This document shows positions 1 to 12,370 of a stretch of 64,000 nucleotides of DNA, piece by piece; position 1 is the first letter of the stretch; each line of letters opens with the position of its first letter. The stretch is taken from contig NIVC01002716.1 of assembly GCA_002269645.1 (NCBI GenBank), positions 1-64,000 on the forward strand. Reading direction: 5' to 3'. The translations under genes were made by a program, and so were the position numbers. The stretch comes from Macrostomum lignano (taxonomy: Eukaryota). Under the pieces are notes generated by a model. It was not told where the DNA came from, searched no databases, and worked only from the letters and a program-made list of their open reading frames with translations.

Positions 1-415
1 ACTTCATAAGGTCGAAATTCACAACGTAGAAAACTACTGTATGGTTCTTGATAGCTTGATAGATAAAATTTTCGACTTTGTGAAATTCGAGCTTATGAAG
101 TTTCGACCTTGTGAAAGTGGCTGCACTTGAGTTTTCGATGTTATGAAATTTCGACCTTGTGAAATTTCGACCTTATGAAATCTCTTGCTAGATTTTTCGA
201 TGTTGTGAAATTTCGACCTTGTGAAGTTTCGATTTCGACTGATGTGAAAGTGGCTGCTATTTGAGTTTTCGATGTTGTGAAATTTCGACCTTATGAAATT
301 TCGACCTTTATGAAGTCTCTTGCTAAAGTTTTCATGTTGTGAAATTTCGACCTTGTGAAGTTTCGACCTTGTGAAATAATTTACTTTTCGACGTTGTGAA
401 ATTTCGACCTTGTGA
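1..415. repeat. Degenerate tandem array of GAAATTTCGACCTT(A/G)TGAA-type units, possibly subterminal repeats of a DNA transposon cut by the window edge
   Basis: More than 15 imperfect copies of (G/T)TTCGAC(C/G)TT and TGAAATTT motifs; transposon origin is inference. Confidence 0.75.
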
Positions 416-420
416 AAGCA

Positions 421-627
421 CCCCCCACCTACCTTATCTGCCTACCTACCTACCCACCTACTAACTGATTTAGCTACATATCTACCTACTTATCTACCTA
501 CTTATCTGCCTACTTACCTACCCACCTACCAACTGATTTGCTACATATCTACCTACTTATCTACCTACTTACCTACCCATCTACCTACCTACCTACTACC
601 CACCTACCCACCTATCTACCCACCTAC
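421..627 (+). repeat. (CTAC)n-like microsatellite
   Basis: Visible CTAC/CTAT/CCAC tetramer run. Confidence 0.9.
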
Positions 628-643
628 CATTGCTCAACCGCAG

Positions 644-1440
644 TCGCTGGCTCGCGAACTGGACGACAGCCGGCGCTCCCGCCAACCTGCAGATGGTGCT
701 GGACAAGTTCCAGATCCCGGCGCCGCAGCATCTTCATCCGCACTCGATCAGTCCGCCGCGGCGGCGCCTGCCGCTTCCACGCGCAACGACGAAATCCGCG
801 CCTACCGCGACCGCGCGCCCGCGCGAGGCCGAGCGGCTGCGTCTGGCGCGAGCTGGAGGCTGCCGGGCGCAGCTGGCCGAGTCTGCCGAGGGCCGTGGCC
901 GCCGCTGGCCGACTCGCCGCCGCCGCCGACACTCACGACGACGAGCGGGCGAAGCTGCTGGCCGACGCGGCCGCGCCCGCGAGGAGGCCGCCGCCGCTGC
1001 CGAGGAGATCCGGGCGCTGAAAGGCCGGCAGCGTGGAGAAGCCGCTGATCCGCAGCCTGGTGCTCGCCTGCGTGCACGCGCCCCCTGCCAAGCGGCTGGA
1101 GGCCTGCAGGTCATGGCGCACTGTCTGGGTGTCAGCGACGCCGACCTCGCCTCAGCCAGCGGGAGGCGGCGTCGTCGGGGGCCCCAGCGCCGTGTCGGGT
1201 GTCTCCGCAGCGGACGCGGCCGCCGCAGCCGCCAAGAATCTTTGGGCGAGGAGTTCGTCAAATTCCTGCAGCGAGAGTCCGCGCCAAGAAGGTGCTGCCG
1301 CTGCCGCTGCCCGCGCCTGAGGAGACCGCGGCCGCTGCGGCCAGGTCCCGGTCCGATCGCCCTCCGGCGTCTTCCAGGACCCCCAGCTACCGCAGTCAAC
1401 GCAGGCCGCATTCTGTCCAATCCAGCTACTCAACCTCAGC
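644..1440 (+). CDS. TRIP11: C-terminal coding exon of golgin TRIP11/GMAP-210 (coiled coil, GRAB domain, GA1 motif), broken by about 7-8 single-base frameshifts
   Basis: Acceptor CCGCAG ends at 643. Stitched frames read NLQMVLDKFQ (human ANLQMVLEHFQ), VEKPLIRSLVLACVHAPPAKRLEA-LQVMAHCLGV (GRAB) and SLGEEFVKFLQRES (human SFSELFVKFLETES). Confidence 0.8.
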
Positions 1441-1449
1441 CTACCCTAG

Positions 1450-2495
1450 CGCCCCCCGCCTCTCCCTGCCCGCCTCTCCCTATCTGCTGTCCGCCTCTCC
1501 CTATCTGCTCTCCGCCTCTCCCTATCTGCTCTCTGCCTCTCCCTATCTGCTCTCTGCCTCCCTATGCTCTCTGCCTCTCCCTATCTGCTCTCTGCCTCCC
1601 CTATCTGCTCTCTGCCTCTCCTATCTGCTCTCTGCCTCTCCCTATCTGCTCTCTGCCTTTCCCTATCTGCTCTCTGCCTCTCCCTATCTGCTCTCTGCCT
1701 CTCCCTATCTGCTCTCTGCCTCTCCCTGCCGCCTCTCCCTATCTGCTCTCCGCCTCTCCCTGCCCGCCTCTCCCTGCCCGCTCTCCCTGCCCGCCTCTCC
1801 TGCCCGCTCTCCCTATCTGCTCTCTGCCTCTCCCTGCCGCCTCTCCCTATTGCTCTCTGCCTCTCCCTATCTGCTCTCCGCCTCTCCCTGCCCGCCTCTC
1901 CCTATCTGCTCTCCGCCTCTCCCTGCCCGCCTCTCCCTATCTGCTCTCCGCCTCTCCCTGCCCGCCTCTCCCTGCCCGACTCTCCCTATCTGCTCTCCGC
2001 CTCTCCCTGCCCGCCTTTCCCTATCTGCTCTCCGCCTCTCCCTGCCCGCCTCTCCCTATCTGCTCTCCGCCTCTCCCTGCCCGCCTCTCCCTATCTGCTC
2101 CCCGCCTCTCCCTGCCCGCCTCTCCCTATCTGCTCTCCGCCTCTCCCTGCCCGCCTCTCCTGCCCGCTCTCTCCTATCTGCTCCCCGCCTCTCCCTGCCC
2201 GCCTCTCCCTATCTGCTCCCCGCCTCTCCCTGCCCGCCTCTCCCTATCTGCTCTCGCCTCTCCATGCCCGCCTCTCCCTATCTGCTCTCCGCCTCTCCAT
2301 GCCCGCCTCTCCCTATCTGCTCCCCGCTCTCCCTGCCCGCCTCTCCCTATCTGCTCCCGCCTCTCCCTGCCCGCTCCCCGTCTCCCTGCCCGCTCCCGCC
2401 TCTCCCTGCGCTCCCCGCCTCTCCCTGCCCGCTCCCCGCCTCTCCCTGCCCGCTCCCCGCCTCTCCCTGCCCGCTCCCCGCCTCTCCCTACCCCT
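1450..2495 (+). repeat. Pyrimidine-rich minisatellite mixing about 21-bp CTCTCCCTATCTGCTCTCTGC and about 14-bp CTCTCCCTGCCCGC units
   Basis: Tandem units directly visible; overlapping ORFs are repetitive in all frames. Confidence 0.95.
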
Positions 2496-3139
2496 CCTGG
2501 CCGCTCCTACTCTCCTCCGCTATTAACAATCCCAGTAGTCTCCTGTGTCCGTTTGTCACCGGCTGTGTCAAGACTGTCAATTGCTTACCGCCTGTTTCAT
2601 TATTGCAGTTCGGAATTTGCCGCCTATGCTTGATATTCTACTCAAAACTTGCTCTGCCGCTAGTGATAATTGTGGCACGACATATCGTAGCCCTAAACTG
2701 GTCAATCAATATAATCAGCATGGTTTTGGGGTTCCCATCGAGTCTGCAGATTGCGTGCCATTATAAATGTACGGTGTTGTCGATCGCTCTCATTTCCATT
2801 GCATCATTGCTGTTACCTGAATCTATCGAACAAAACCATTAAATGCTCATGGCATTGAACCGTGTTGGATATTCAATGCTTGGCGCGTATAGAAACTTGT
2901 GTACTTGCTGTTTGTTCTGTTTTCTCTGTTGATGCACAATGGAACATTGGATTAAATATTGGTACATTATGTAAATACAGGTGTACTGCCAGACTCCCGC
3001 CCTGGTTCTGAGTCCCCAATTCATTTCTGATTTTGTCTGACCGCTTTGCCTGCTGGGTGCACATTTTCTGGCCTGGCCTCCGTGTTTCTGTTTTACGGGA
3101 CACTGGGTGGGAGCAAATGCTTGGGCGGCTGTGAGAGTC

Positions 3140-3870
3140 AGGGGTGGCAGTGAGAGGGAGAGGCTGGCAGTGAGAGGGAGAGGCTGGCAGTGAGATAGAG
3201 GGGCTGGCAGTGAGATAGAGGGGCTGGCAGTGAGAGAGAGAGAGAGGCTGGTAGTGAGATAGAGAGGCTGGAAGTGAGAGGGAGAGGTTGGCAGAGAGAG
3301 GGAGAGATTGGCAGTGAGATAGAGGGGCTGGCAGTGAGATAGAGGGGCTGGCAGTGAGATAGAGGGGCTGGCAGTGAGAGGGAGAGATTGGCAGTGAGAT
3401 AGAGGGGCTGGCAGTGAGATAGAGGGGCTGGCAGTGAGAGAGAGGCTGGCAGTGAGATAGAGGCGCTGGCAGTGAGAGGGAGAGGCTGGCAGTGAGATAG
3501 AGGGGCTGGCAGTGAGATAGAGGGGCTGGCAGTGAGAGAGAGAGAGGCTGGCAGTGAGATAGAGAGGCTGGAAGTGAGAGGGAGAGGTTGGCAGTGAGAG
3601 GGAGAGATTGGCAGTGAGATAGAGGGGCTGGCAGTGAGAGGGAGAGGCTGGCAGTGAGATAGAGGGGCTGGCAGTGAGAGAGAGGGCTGGCAGTGAGATA
3701 GAGGCTGGCAGTGGATAGAGGGGAGAGAGGGAGAGGTTGGCAGAGAGAGGGAGAGATTGGCAGTGAGATAGAGGGGCTGGCAGTGAGATAGAGGGGCTGG
3801 CAGTGAGATAGAGGGGCTGGCAGTGAGAGGGAGAGGCTGGAACTGAGAGAGGGAGGCCGGCAGTGAGAGG
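3140..3870 (+). repeat. About 20-bp minisatellite GGCAGTGAGATAGAGGGGCT
   Basis: Tandem units visible. Confidence 0.95.
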
Positions 3871-4571
3871 GACAGAATGATAGCAGCTATTGCTAGTAAT
3901 CTGTAAGCGCAGAGTGAGGCTGAAGGGCAGTCGTGGCCATTGTAAGACAACTGACGGCGCACTGCAGATAGTGTAGAACACAACGGGAACAAAAGTACAT
4001 TCACATGCAACAGAGACCTGAGAAAGTCCAGTGGGCTGTCGATTTGAGTTGCTAGTGGCTTTAGGATCCACTTGCTGGCAAGAGCGGGTTGTACTGGGTG
4101 CATTTACATGTGTATTTATCATTGTTTATGATGGCTACTCACTGGAGCCAGGTGCGGTCGTGTGGATCAAAAGTACATCAGGTCAGTCTGTAAAAGTCTA
4201 GGAATGTAGCCGCAGTTGTGGTACAAGAGCTGTCTGGCTTTCCTGCTGCAGAGCAGAAGTTACAAGATAGGGGCAAGAGAAAAAATGAATAAATAGAATA
4301 CGCAAAGCTTATAGTGGCAAGTACATGTTATATATTATACTAAGAATCTACTACAGGTTGTCATGGCAGTCACACTAGTATCGCAAGAGCAGAGGAAAAA
4401 CTGAAACAGTTCTATCTGATAATAATCGAGTATTATGTGTACAGCAGCTCAGTGGGTGAATTGTTGTTTACATCGTTACAGATCGATACAGCGGTCAGGT
4501 CGATACATTGAATGAAATTTGCACAGCAAAAAGAATTTGTTGAACGGGGACATCTGCAGTACTGCGGCCTC

Positions 4572-5585
4572 TGGCAGTGAGGGGGAGAGGAGGCAGTGAG
4601 GGGGAGAGGTGGCAGTGAGGGGTAGGAGGCAGTGAGGGGAGAGGGAGGCAGTGAGGGGGGAGAGGAGGCAGTGAGGGGGAGAGGGTGCAGTGAGGGGTAG
4701 GAGGCAGTGAGGAGAGGGAGGCAGTGAGGGGGAGGGAGGCAGTGAGGGGGGAGAGGGAGGCATGAGAGGGAGAGGGAGCAGCGTGAGAGGGAGGCAGTGA
4801 GGGGAGAGGCAGCAGTGAGGGGAGAGGGAGGCAGTGAGGGGGAGGGAGGCAGTGAGGGGAGGGAGGCAGTGAGGGGGAGAGGGGGGCAGTGAGGGGTAGG
4901 AGGCAGTGAGGGGAGAGGGAGGCAGTGAGGGGGAGAGGGAGGCAGTGAGGGAGAGGGAGGCAGTGAGGGGAGAGGGAGGCAGTGAGGGGGGAGAGGGTGG
5001 CAGTGAGGGGAGAGGGAGGCAGTGAGGGGAGAGGGAGGCAGTGAGGGGAGAGGGACAGTGAGGGGGGAGAGGGAGGCAGTGAGGGGAGAGGGAGGCAGTG
5101 AGGGGAGGGAGGCAGTGAGGGAGAGGGAGGCAGTGAGGGGAGAGGGAGGCAGTGAGGGGAGAGGGTGGCAGTGAGGGTAGGAGGCAGTGAGGGGAGAGGG
5201 AGGCAGTGAGGGGGAGAGGGAGGCAGTGAGGGGGAGAGGGTGGCAGTGAGGGGTAGGAGGCAGTGAGGGGAGAGGGAGGCAGTGAGGGGGAGAGGGAGGA
5301 GGCAGTGAGGGGGGAGAGGGAGGCAGTGAGGGGAGAGGGAGGCAGTGAGGGGAGAGGGAGGCAGTGAGGGGAGAGGCAGCAGTGAGGGGGAGAGGGAGGC
5401 AGTGAGGGGGAGAGGGAGGCAGTGAGGGGGGGAGGGTGGCAGTGAGGGGGAGAGGGAGGCAGTGAGCGGGTAGGAGGCAGTGAGGGGGGAGAGGGAGGCA
5501 GTGAGGGAGAGGGAGGCAGTGAGGGGAGAGGGAGGCAGTGAGGGGAGAGGGAGGCAGTGAGGGGAGAGGGGGCAGTGAGGGGTAG
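4572..5585 (+). repeat. G-rich 19-21-bp minisatellite GGCAGTGAGGGGAGAGGGA
   Basis: Tandem units visible; shares GGCAGTGAG with the 3140-3870 array. Confidence 0.95.
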
Positions 5586-5610
5586 GAGGAAGTGCAGCAT
5601 TTTCGAGTGC

Positions 5611-6042
5611 GACACAGTCAAATGGCAGTCAGATGACACAGTCAAATGGCAGTCAGATGACACAGTCAAATGGCAGTCAGATGACACAGTCAAATGGCAG
5701 TCAGATGACACAGTCAAATGGCAGTCAGATGACACAGTCAAATGGCAGTCAGATGACACAGTCAAATGGCAGTCAGATGACACAGTCAAATGGCAGTCAG
5801 ATGACACAGTCAAATGGCAGTCAGATGACACAGTCAAATGGCAGTCAGATGACACAGTCAAATGGCAGTCAGATGACACAGTCAAATGGCAGTCAGATGA
5901 CACAGTCAAATGGCAGTCAGATGACACAGTCAAATGGCAGTCAGATGACACAGTCAAATGGCAGTCAGATGACACAGTCAAATGGCAGTCAGATGACACA
6001 GTCAAATGGCAGTCAGATGACACAGTCAAATGGCAGTCAGAT
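5611..6042 (+). repeat. Perfect 24-bp tandem repeat GACACAGTCAAATGGCAGTCAGAT, 18 copies
   Basis: Identical units, no spacers. Confidence 0.97.
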
Positions 6043-6137
6043 GACAGTCAAAATACACTGTTCTGCGGTCTGCAGTGCGAGTTTACATGCAGTTCTGTTC
6101 GATTCCGACAGCACCGCTCGAGTTCGCGTCCTCAGCT

Positions 6138-6674
6138 TCAGCCGGTCTGCACCCGCACATGGCGGGACAGCAGCGACAAGTAGAAGTCGACGCTCTTGAC
6201 CTCGGTGAGCAGGAACAAGACCCTGTTGTACATGTCCATGGCATCGGCCGAGTCCCTGCCCAGCACCTTCAGCAGGTCCTGTGTGCAGCGCAGGTACAAA
6301 TTCTGGTAGCCCCGCAGCTGGCGCTCGTCCACTCGCACAGTCTTGTAGTCGGGCAGGAAGAAGTACATGCCCAGCAGCAGCACCACCCCGATGTTCAGCC
6401 GGTCCCGGAACAGGCCGTGGCACTGCTCGTACAGACGAGCGGCCGCCAGGTACACCGTGGCCACCTCGGCGTCGGAAATCAGGGGAATGTCGCCCTTGGT
6501 GAGGTCAGCGAATAGCCCGTTGACGATGTCCAGCAGCGGCTGCTGAAGGCTGTCGGCAGTGTCGCGGCAGCTGGCATCGAAGGAGGCGGCCGGGGCGCAG
6601 CGGACGGTCATGATGCCGCTGGCTGGGTGGTAGTGCAGGCCGCGCAGGATGCTGATGAGGCCGCTGATCTTCTC
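6138..6674 (-). CDS. Divergent nuclear receptor, exon 4 (C-terminal ligand-binding domain)
   Basis: Acceptor CCGCAG then EKISGLISILRGLHY...VDFYLSLLSRHVRVQTG*; phase 0, matching the exon 3 donor. Confidence 0.75.
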   Translation of the reverse strand, partial: EKISGLISILRGLHYHPASGIMTVRCAPAASFDASCRDTADSLQQPLLDIVNGLFADLTKGDIPLISDAEVATVYLAAARLYEQCHGLFRDRLNIGVVLLLGMYFFLPDYKTVRVDERQLRGYQNLYLRCTQDLLKVLGRDSADAMDMYNRVLFLLTEVKSVDFYLSLLSRHVRVQTG

Positions 6675-6719
6675 CTGCGGGCGGCGTTGGAGAGTTCGGC
6701 TCTGCAGCGGATCTGATGA

Positions 6720-7582
6720 GAGTCTGCCTTGCCTGTCTCTGAGAGTGTGCTTAATATGTCTCTGAGATTCTGCCTCGCCTGTCTCTGAGAGTCTACTTCG
6801 CCTGTCTCTGAGATTCTGCCTCGCCTGTCTCTGAGATTCTGCCTCGCCTGTCTCTGAGATTCTGCTTCGCCTGTCTCTGAGATTCTGCCTCGCCTGTCTT
6901 TGAGAGTCTGCTTCGCCTGTCTCTGAGATTCTGCCTCGCCTGTCTCTGAGAGTCTACTTCGCCTGTCTCTGAGATTCTGCCTCGCCTGTCTTTGAGAGTC
7001 TGCTTCGCCTGTCTCTGAGATTCTGCCTCGCCTGTCTCTGAGATTCTGCCTCGCCTGTCTCTGAGATTCTGCCTCGCCTGTCTCTGAGATTCTGCCTCGC
7101 CTGTCTTTGAGATTCTGCCTCGCCTGTCTCTGAGATTCTGCCTCGCCTGTCTCTGAGGTCTGCTTCGCCTGTCTCTGAGATTCTGCCTCGCCTGTCTTTG
7201 AGAGTCTGCTTCGCCTGTCTCTGAGATTCTGCCTCGCCTGTCTCTGAGATTCTGCCTCGCCTGTCTTTGAGAGTCTGCTTCGCCTGTCTCTGAGATTCTG
7301 CCTCGCCTGTCTCTGAGAGTCTGCTTCGCCTGTCTCTGAGATTCTGCCTCGCCTGTCTCTGAGATTCTGCCTCGTCTGTCTCTGAGAGTCTGCTTCGCCT
7401 GTCTGAGATTCTGCCTCACCTGTCTCTGATAGTCGGCTTTACCTGCCCCTGAGAGTCTGCTTCACCTGCCCCTGAGAGTCTGCTTCACCTACCCCTGAGA
7501 GTCTGCTTCACCTGCCCCTGAGAGTCTGCTTCACCTGCCCCTGAGAGTCTGCTTCACCTGCCCCTGAGAGTCTGCTTCACCT
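6720..7582 (+). repeat. 23-bp intronic minisatellite (CGCCTGTCTCTGAGATTCTGCCT, turning over to CACCTGCCCCTGAGAGTCTGCTT)
   Basis: Period 23 (unit start at 6781 recurs at 6804). Confidence 0.95.
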
Positions 7583-7651
7583 GTGCCCAAGAATCTGCCT
7601 TGCAACGCTGTCCCACAAAAAGCCAAGGCTTGAATGCCGAGCAGCTCTCAC

Positions 7652-8060
7652 CGACACCATGGCCGACACGAGACGCCTGTCGAGCTCCTCGAAGAAGGGC
7701 AGGAACCGGATGATCGACAGTGTCCTCTTGGTGACGGCCTCCAGCAGGTTCAGGCCGCTCAGCGTGTCCCGCACGGCCAGGCTCTCCCTGGGGCAGTCGA
7801 ACGGCATGCAGAACATGTCCGCCAGTTTGTAAAAGTGCACAAACAGGCTCCTGTCCATCAGCGGCGCGCCCTCCTCATCGCCTCCAGCCAGACTGCGGAT
7901 CAGCCCGAGTGGCGGCGCGGCCGATGGATCCACGGATGGGGGCGCCGGCGCCAACTGCGTCTGCGGCGGCGAGCGGGAGGCGGCTTCCTCGAATTGGGTC
8001 GGTGACGAGGACGCCTTGCTGGACTGGCGCCCGCGCTGCTGCTGCTTCGAGTTTCCCAGG
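7652..8060 (-). CDS. Divergent nuclear receptor, exon 3 (hinge and LBD helices 1-4); 5' boundary approximate
   Basis: LLEAVTKRTLSIIRFLPFFEELDRRLVSAMVS resembles the LBD helix 3-4 signature; donor TCG|GTGAGA at 7651. Confidence 0.7.
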
Positions 8061-8099
8061 GCGCCTTCGGGTGAAATTTGCGAGTTGCATATAATCACC

Positions 8100-8275
8100 G
8101 ATTGTCAACATGACGCCAAATTAGCACCGATTGTCAACATGGCGCCAAATTAGCGCCGATTGTTAACATGGGCGCCAAATTAGCGCCGATTGACAACATA
8201 TCGCCAAATTAGCGCCGATTGACAACATGGCGCCAAATTAGCGCCGATTGTTAACATGGCGCTAATTTAGAGCCA
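8100..8275 (+). repeat. 29-bp intronic minisatellite CCAAATTAGCGCCGATTGTTAACATGGCG, about 6 copies
   Basis: Period 29 (8116 to 8145). Confidence 0.9.
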
Positions 8276-8352
8276 AAATTGTTGTCACCTTTGTAGAAAC
8301 GGCGCCAAGCAAGCATGAAAGGCGGCACGAGAAGAAGAGGCCAACCACTCAC

Positions 8353-8508
8353 AGCAGCAGTTCCGGTTGAGGTCTTCTTGAACTTGTACTTTCTCTCCCG
8401 GCTCTTCTGCATGCCGGCCAAGAGGCATTTTTGAAATCGGCAGGCGGCGCAGGACTTTCTGGACGGGCCGACGATCCGGCAGTTGCCGTTCTGGTAGCAG
8501 ACCAGTTG
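8353..8508 (-). CDS. Divergent nuclear receptor, exon 2 (second C4 zinc finger); not in the ORF track
   Basis: QLVCYQNGNCRIVGPSRKSCAACRFQKCLLAGM = C-x5-C-x9-C-x2-C plus the RFQKCLxxGM signature; AG at 8510-8509, GT at 8352-8351; 156 nt, phase 0/0. Confidence 0.9.
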
Positions 8509-8599
8509 CTGGGGCGGAGGGTGGCGGGAGGATGTCCGGCTGTCGCGTTCTGGACAAACTTTGGTTACTATAAGAGGGCTGGAAGGGTTGGCAGTGGCC

Positions 8600-8965
8600 C
8601 CTGAAGTACCAGCGGAAGGAGGGTATCAGCAGCCCCTGAAGTACCAGCGGAGGGGGTATCAGCAGCCCCTGAAGTACCAGCGGAGGGGGTATCAGCAGCC
8701 CCTGAAGTACCAGCGGAGGGGGTATCAGCAGCCCCTGAAGTACCAGCGGAGGGGGTATCAGCAGCCCCTGAAGTACCAGCGGAGGGGTATCAGCAGCCCC
8801 TGAAGTACCAGCGGAGGGGGTATCAGCAGCCCCTGAAGTACCAGCGGAGGGGTATCAGCAGCCCCTGAAGTACCAGCGGAGGGGGTATCAGCAGCCCCTG
8901 AAGTACCAGCGGAGGGGGTATCAGCAGCCCCTGAAGTACCAGCGGAGGGGGTATCAGCAGCCCTC
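8600..8965 (+). repeat. 33-bp intronic minisatellite CAGCAGCCCCTGAAGTACCAGCGGAGGGGGTAT, about 11 copies
   Basis: Period 33 (8641 to 8674). Confidence 0.95.
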
Positions 8966-9017
8966 ACCCGGACGGGAGAAGCACAGCAAGCGCATGTCAC
9001 AGTGACACAGGCCTCAC

Positions 9018-9242
9018 CTTTCCGGTGTTTCTGCTGTAGAAAATGCGGCAGCTGACGCAACTCGGCACGCCGAAATTCTTGCGCACGTTGGCGCCGGTGC
9101 CGCAGACCTGGCACTCCTCCAGCGGCCGGCAGGTGGCGGTCAGCAGGGAGCTCTCGGGCTTGAGCATCGCCATGGGAACTGCTGGCAGCTGAGCAACTGC
9201 CACGCTGGGCTGCTGTGCTGCGGTGTGCATCACTGACTGCAT
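9018..9242 (-). CDS. Divergent nuclear receptor, exon 1 (first C4 zinc finger); start at ATG 9242 or 9173
   Basis: CQVCGTGANVRKNFGVPSCVSCRIFYSRNTGK then donor AAG|GTGAGG at 9017. Confidence 0.85.
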
Positions 9243-11459
9243 GCTTCGGCAGCGCGGGGGAGTCGAGTCGAGCGGACTTGTGGGCTCTTGATTGACTTTC
9301 CAAGTTTTTGCCTGTTTTCTGTACCGACTCCGTCAGAAAAGGGGAATGACAATTGTAAAGACCGTTTAAATATCTTTTCAGTAGTTCAGTGTGTCGATCA
9401 ACAAATCACAAAGTTGGGGAAAGGAGTTTGAAATTTGGCTAAGGTGCACGGAGCATCCCAGTTAGATTTCCTGGGGATTGGGGAAGGAATTAAGTGCTGT
9501 TAGTTGTCAGTCGGCAACACGGGCAGTTTGAGATTCAGTTGGATAGGGCAAGTTGGATGGGGCAGGTTGGATAGGGCAAGAGAAGCAGGCAGGCTTACTA
9601 AAATGCGTCAGTTGGGTTGTAGTAGCCGGGTTGAGAAACACTATGATAGCCAACAGGCAAAAACAGCGGAGGGCAAGAGAGGCAGAACCGGGGGGCTCTT
9701 CCTGTCATTGGCTGCGGGTTGAGAATTCAGAAGGAAGGTTTGCCCGCAGGGCCTGCAGAGGGAATGCAGGGTGGGGTTGAGTCAGTAGAGAACGAACGAA
9801 CCAAACGGCAAAACAAGTCTTGCTGGGGCTGAGCGGTGGGTGGTGGGTATTTTCCCTCAAAACTAGGGGGTGGGTGGGTCCTGTGTTGTTTGCACTTTAG
9901 GCACGGGCAGACAGTGGAGGCTGTCGGGGCACGTATGAAATAAATGGCCTTCACAATTCCCAGGCCGATTCTCATTGGCTGCCGGGGAGTAAAGGTCAGC
10001 CAATGCGAGGGCCCGAGACTGAAATTGCTTCTGCCCTTCAAGTTCTTAGTGTACATTTTAGTCAGTTAGGCAAGGCCTCGTACAGTAAGAAAGAACTTCA
10101 TATGAACCTTCTTGAGGTAAGGTCAGCCAGCTTAATGGCACGCACGCGATGCTTTGACGTTTTTGAAATTGAATGCCTGCCTTGTAAAGGAAAAAGGTCC
10201 TTCAACAGAAGCTTCAACATAAAACATTTTAATAAAAACCAGGCTCAGGCAGTTTTCAAGGGATTATTCAAATTTGAATGAAATGAACTATTGTATTTTA
10301 ACGAACTTTACTTTTCGAAAAATGATAAATAAGTTTGTTGAAAGTAGTACATAGTGTCTGAGAGATAGATCATTGTCGATCAAACCATGCATTTCAGGCA
10401 GATCAAAAATATTCAAGTAACATTTATCCGTTCGTTGCGATTTTTTATTTCTTCGTTCTTACTGTGCCAGAGCCGCACAGCGAGTGCTGGTTTTGTTGCT
10501 AAAAATAAATGCTTGGCAGTGCAGGCGGTGCGGCAGTGCTTAGTGCGCAGATATCATAGAAAGGAAACTGGAAAGATTAATCGGGTCTCTCCTTTTTGCT
10601 CCACTCAGTGCGCTGCTATTCGCTGCGCAAAAACAAATCGAGCTTATTTTAGAGTTTGGACGCAATCTTTTATGTAACTGAGGCTGATGAGAATTGAGAG
10701 AGCTGGCTGCCCCCCCCCCCCATTCAAGACAGAAACAGAATGCATTTTTCAATGAAAAATAGCTTTCAAACAGCCGAAAAAATCCAACAGTAACAAATCT
10801 ATTATACTCGTAAGTAAATCTTATTCTAATTTGTAGGAACAGAGTGCACACCGGCTGTGCAGAAGCTACAGCAGTGCAAAAGTGCAAATCACATGATAAT
10901 AACTCACTGCCAATTGCTTGAGCTGCCCCAGCATTGGACGCAATTGGGGTGGGTGCTTACAGAACGGGGAACGGGGTGGTGCGGGACAGGACCACGCGGG
11001 GCCGGCGTGCAAGTGTCCGCGAACTCGCAAACCAGCTAGCTCTTCACATGCTGCACATGCATTAGTGCACACAAGTACTGATGTACGCATCAGATGTTAA
11101 ACAGCAACCCAGCTGTCCTTTTCTGCGATCCAGAAATCTAGCTGCACAGTTATTTTGAACCGTAATAAACAGTGCTATGCATGTACTCTATGCATGGGTG
11201 ACAGACACTTTCTACGCAATTATTTTGCTTGCTTTTTGGAGATTAAGGTAAAGCTAGCACGGCTAAACTAAATTGCTTGTACCAACAGTACACACGGCAG
11301 CCCACTGCCTGCTCAAGCACACTATTACATGTACTCACTTGGAATCTCACTGCATTCACTGGCCTCTCACTCACTGAGGGAGATGAAGAGGGGGGAGAGG
11401 GGGTGAAAGAAGGCAGAGAAAGGACGGGGAGAGGGTATAGGAGGGGTCGAGAGGGCAGA

Positions 11460-12370
11460 GGAGAGGGAGAGGGCAGACAAAGGAGGGGAAAGAGGGCAGA
11501 GGAGTGGAGAGGGGAAGAGGGCAGAGGAGTGGAGAGGGGGAGAGGGCAGAGGAGTGGAGAGGGGGAGAGGCAGAGGAGTGGAGAGGGGAAGAGGGTAGAG
11601 GAGTGGAGAGGGGGAGAGGCTAGAGGAGTGGAGAGGGGGAGAGGCTAGAGGAGTGGAGAGGGGGAGAGGCTAGAGGAGTGGAGAGGGGGAGAGGGCAGAG
11701 GAGTGGAGAGGGGGAAAGGCTAGAGGAGTGGAGAGGGGAAGAGGGCAGAGGAGTGGAGAGGGGGAGAGGCTAGAGGAGTGGAGAGGGGAAGAGGGCAGAG
11801 GAGTGGAGAGGGGGAGAGGGCAGAGGAGTGGAGAGGGGGAGAGGGTAGAGGAGTGGAGAGGGGGAGAGGGTAGAGGAGTGAAGAGGGGGAGAGACTAGAG
11901 GAGTGGAGAGGGGGAGAGGCTAGAGGAGTGGAGAGGGGAAGAGGGCAGAGGAGTGGAGAGGGGAAGAGGGCAGAGGAGTGGAGAGGGGGAGAGACTAGAG
12001 GAGTGGAGAGGGGAAGAGGGCAGAGGAGTGGAGAGGGGGAGAGGGTAGAGGAGTGGAGAGGGGAAGAGTGCAGAGGAGTGGAGAGGGGGAGAGGGTAGAG
12101 GAGTGGAGAGGGGGAGAGACTAGAGGAGTGGAGAGGGGGAGAGGGTAGAGGAGTGGAGAGGGGGAGAGGGCAGAGGAGTGGAGAGGGGGAGAGGGTAGAG
12201 GAGTGGAGAGGGGGAGAGGGCAGAGGAGTGGAGAGGGGGAGAGGGTAGAGGAGTGGAGAGGGGGAGAGACTAGAGGAGTGGAGAGGGGGAGAGGCTAGAG
12301 GAGTGGAGAGGGGAAGAGGGCAGAGGAGTGGAGAGGGGAAGAGGGCAGAGGAGTGGAGAGGGCAGAGGAG
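11460..12370 (+). repeat. 25-bp purine-rich minisatellite GAGGAGTGGAGAGGGGGAGAGGGCA; a short related tract lies at 13625-13700
   Basis: Period 25 (11521 to 11546). Confidence 0.95.

Noticed and set aside
5611-6042. CRISPR array
   Set aside because: Head-to-tail identical units with no unique spacers, no cas genes, eukaryotic context
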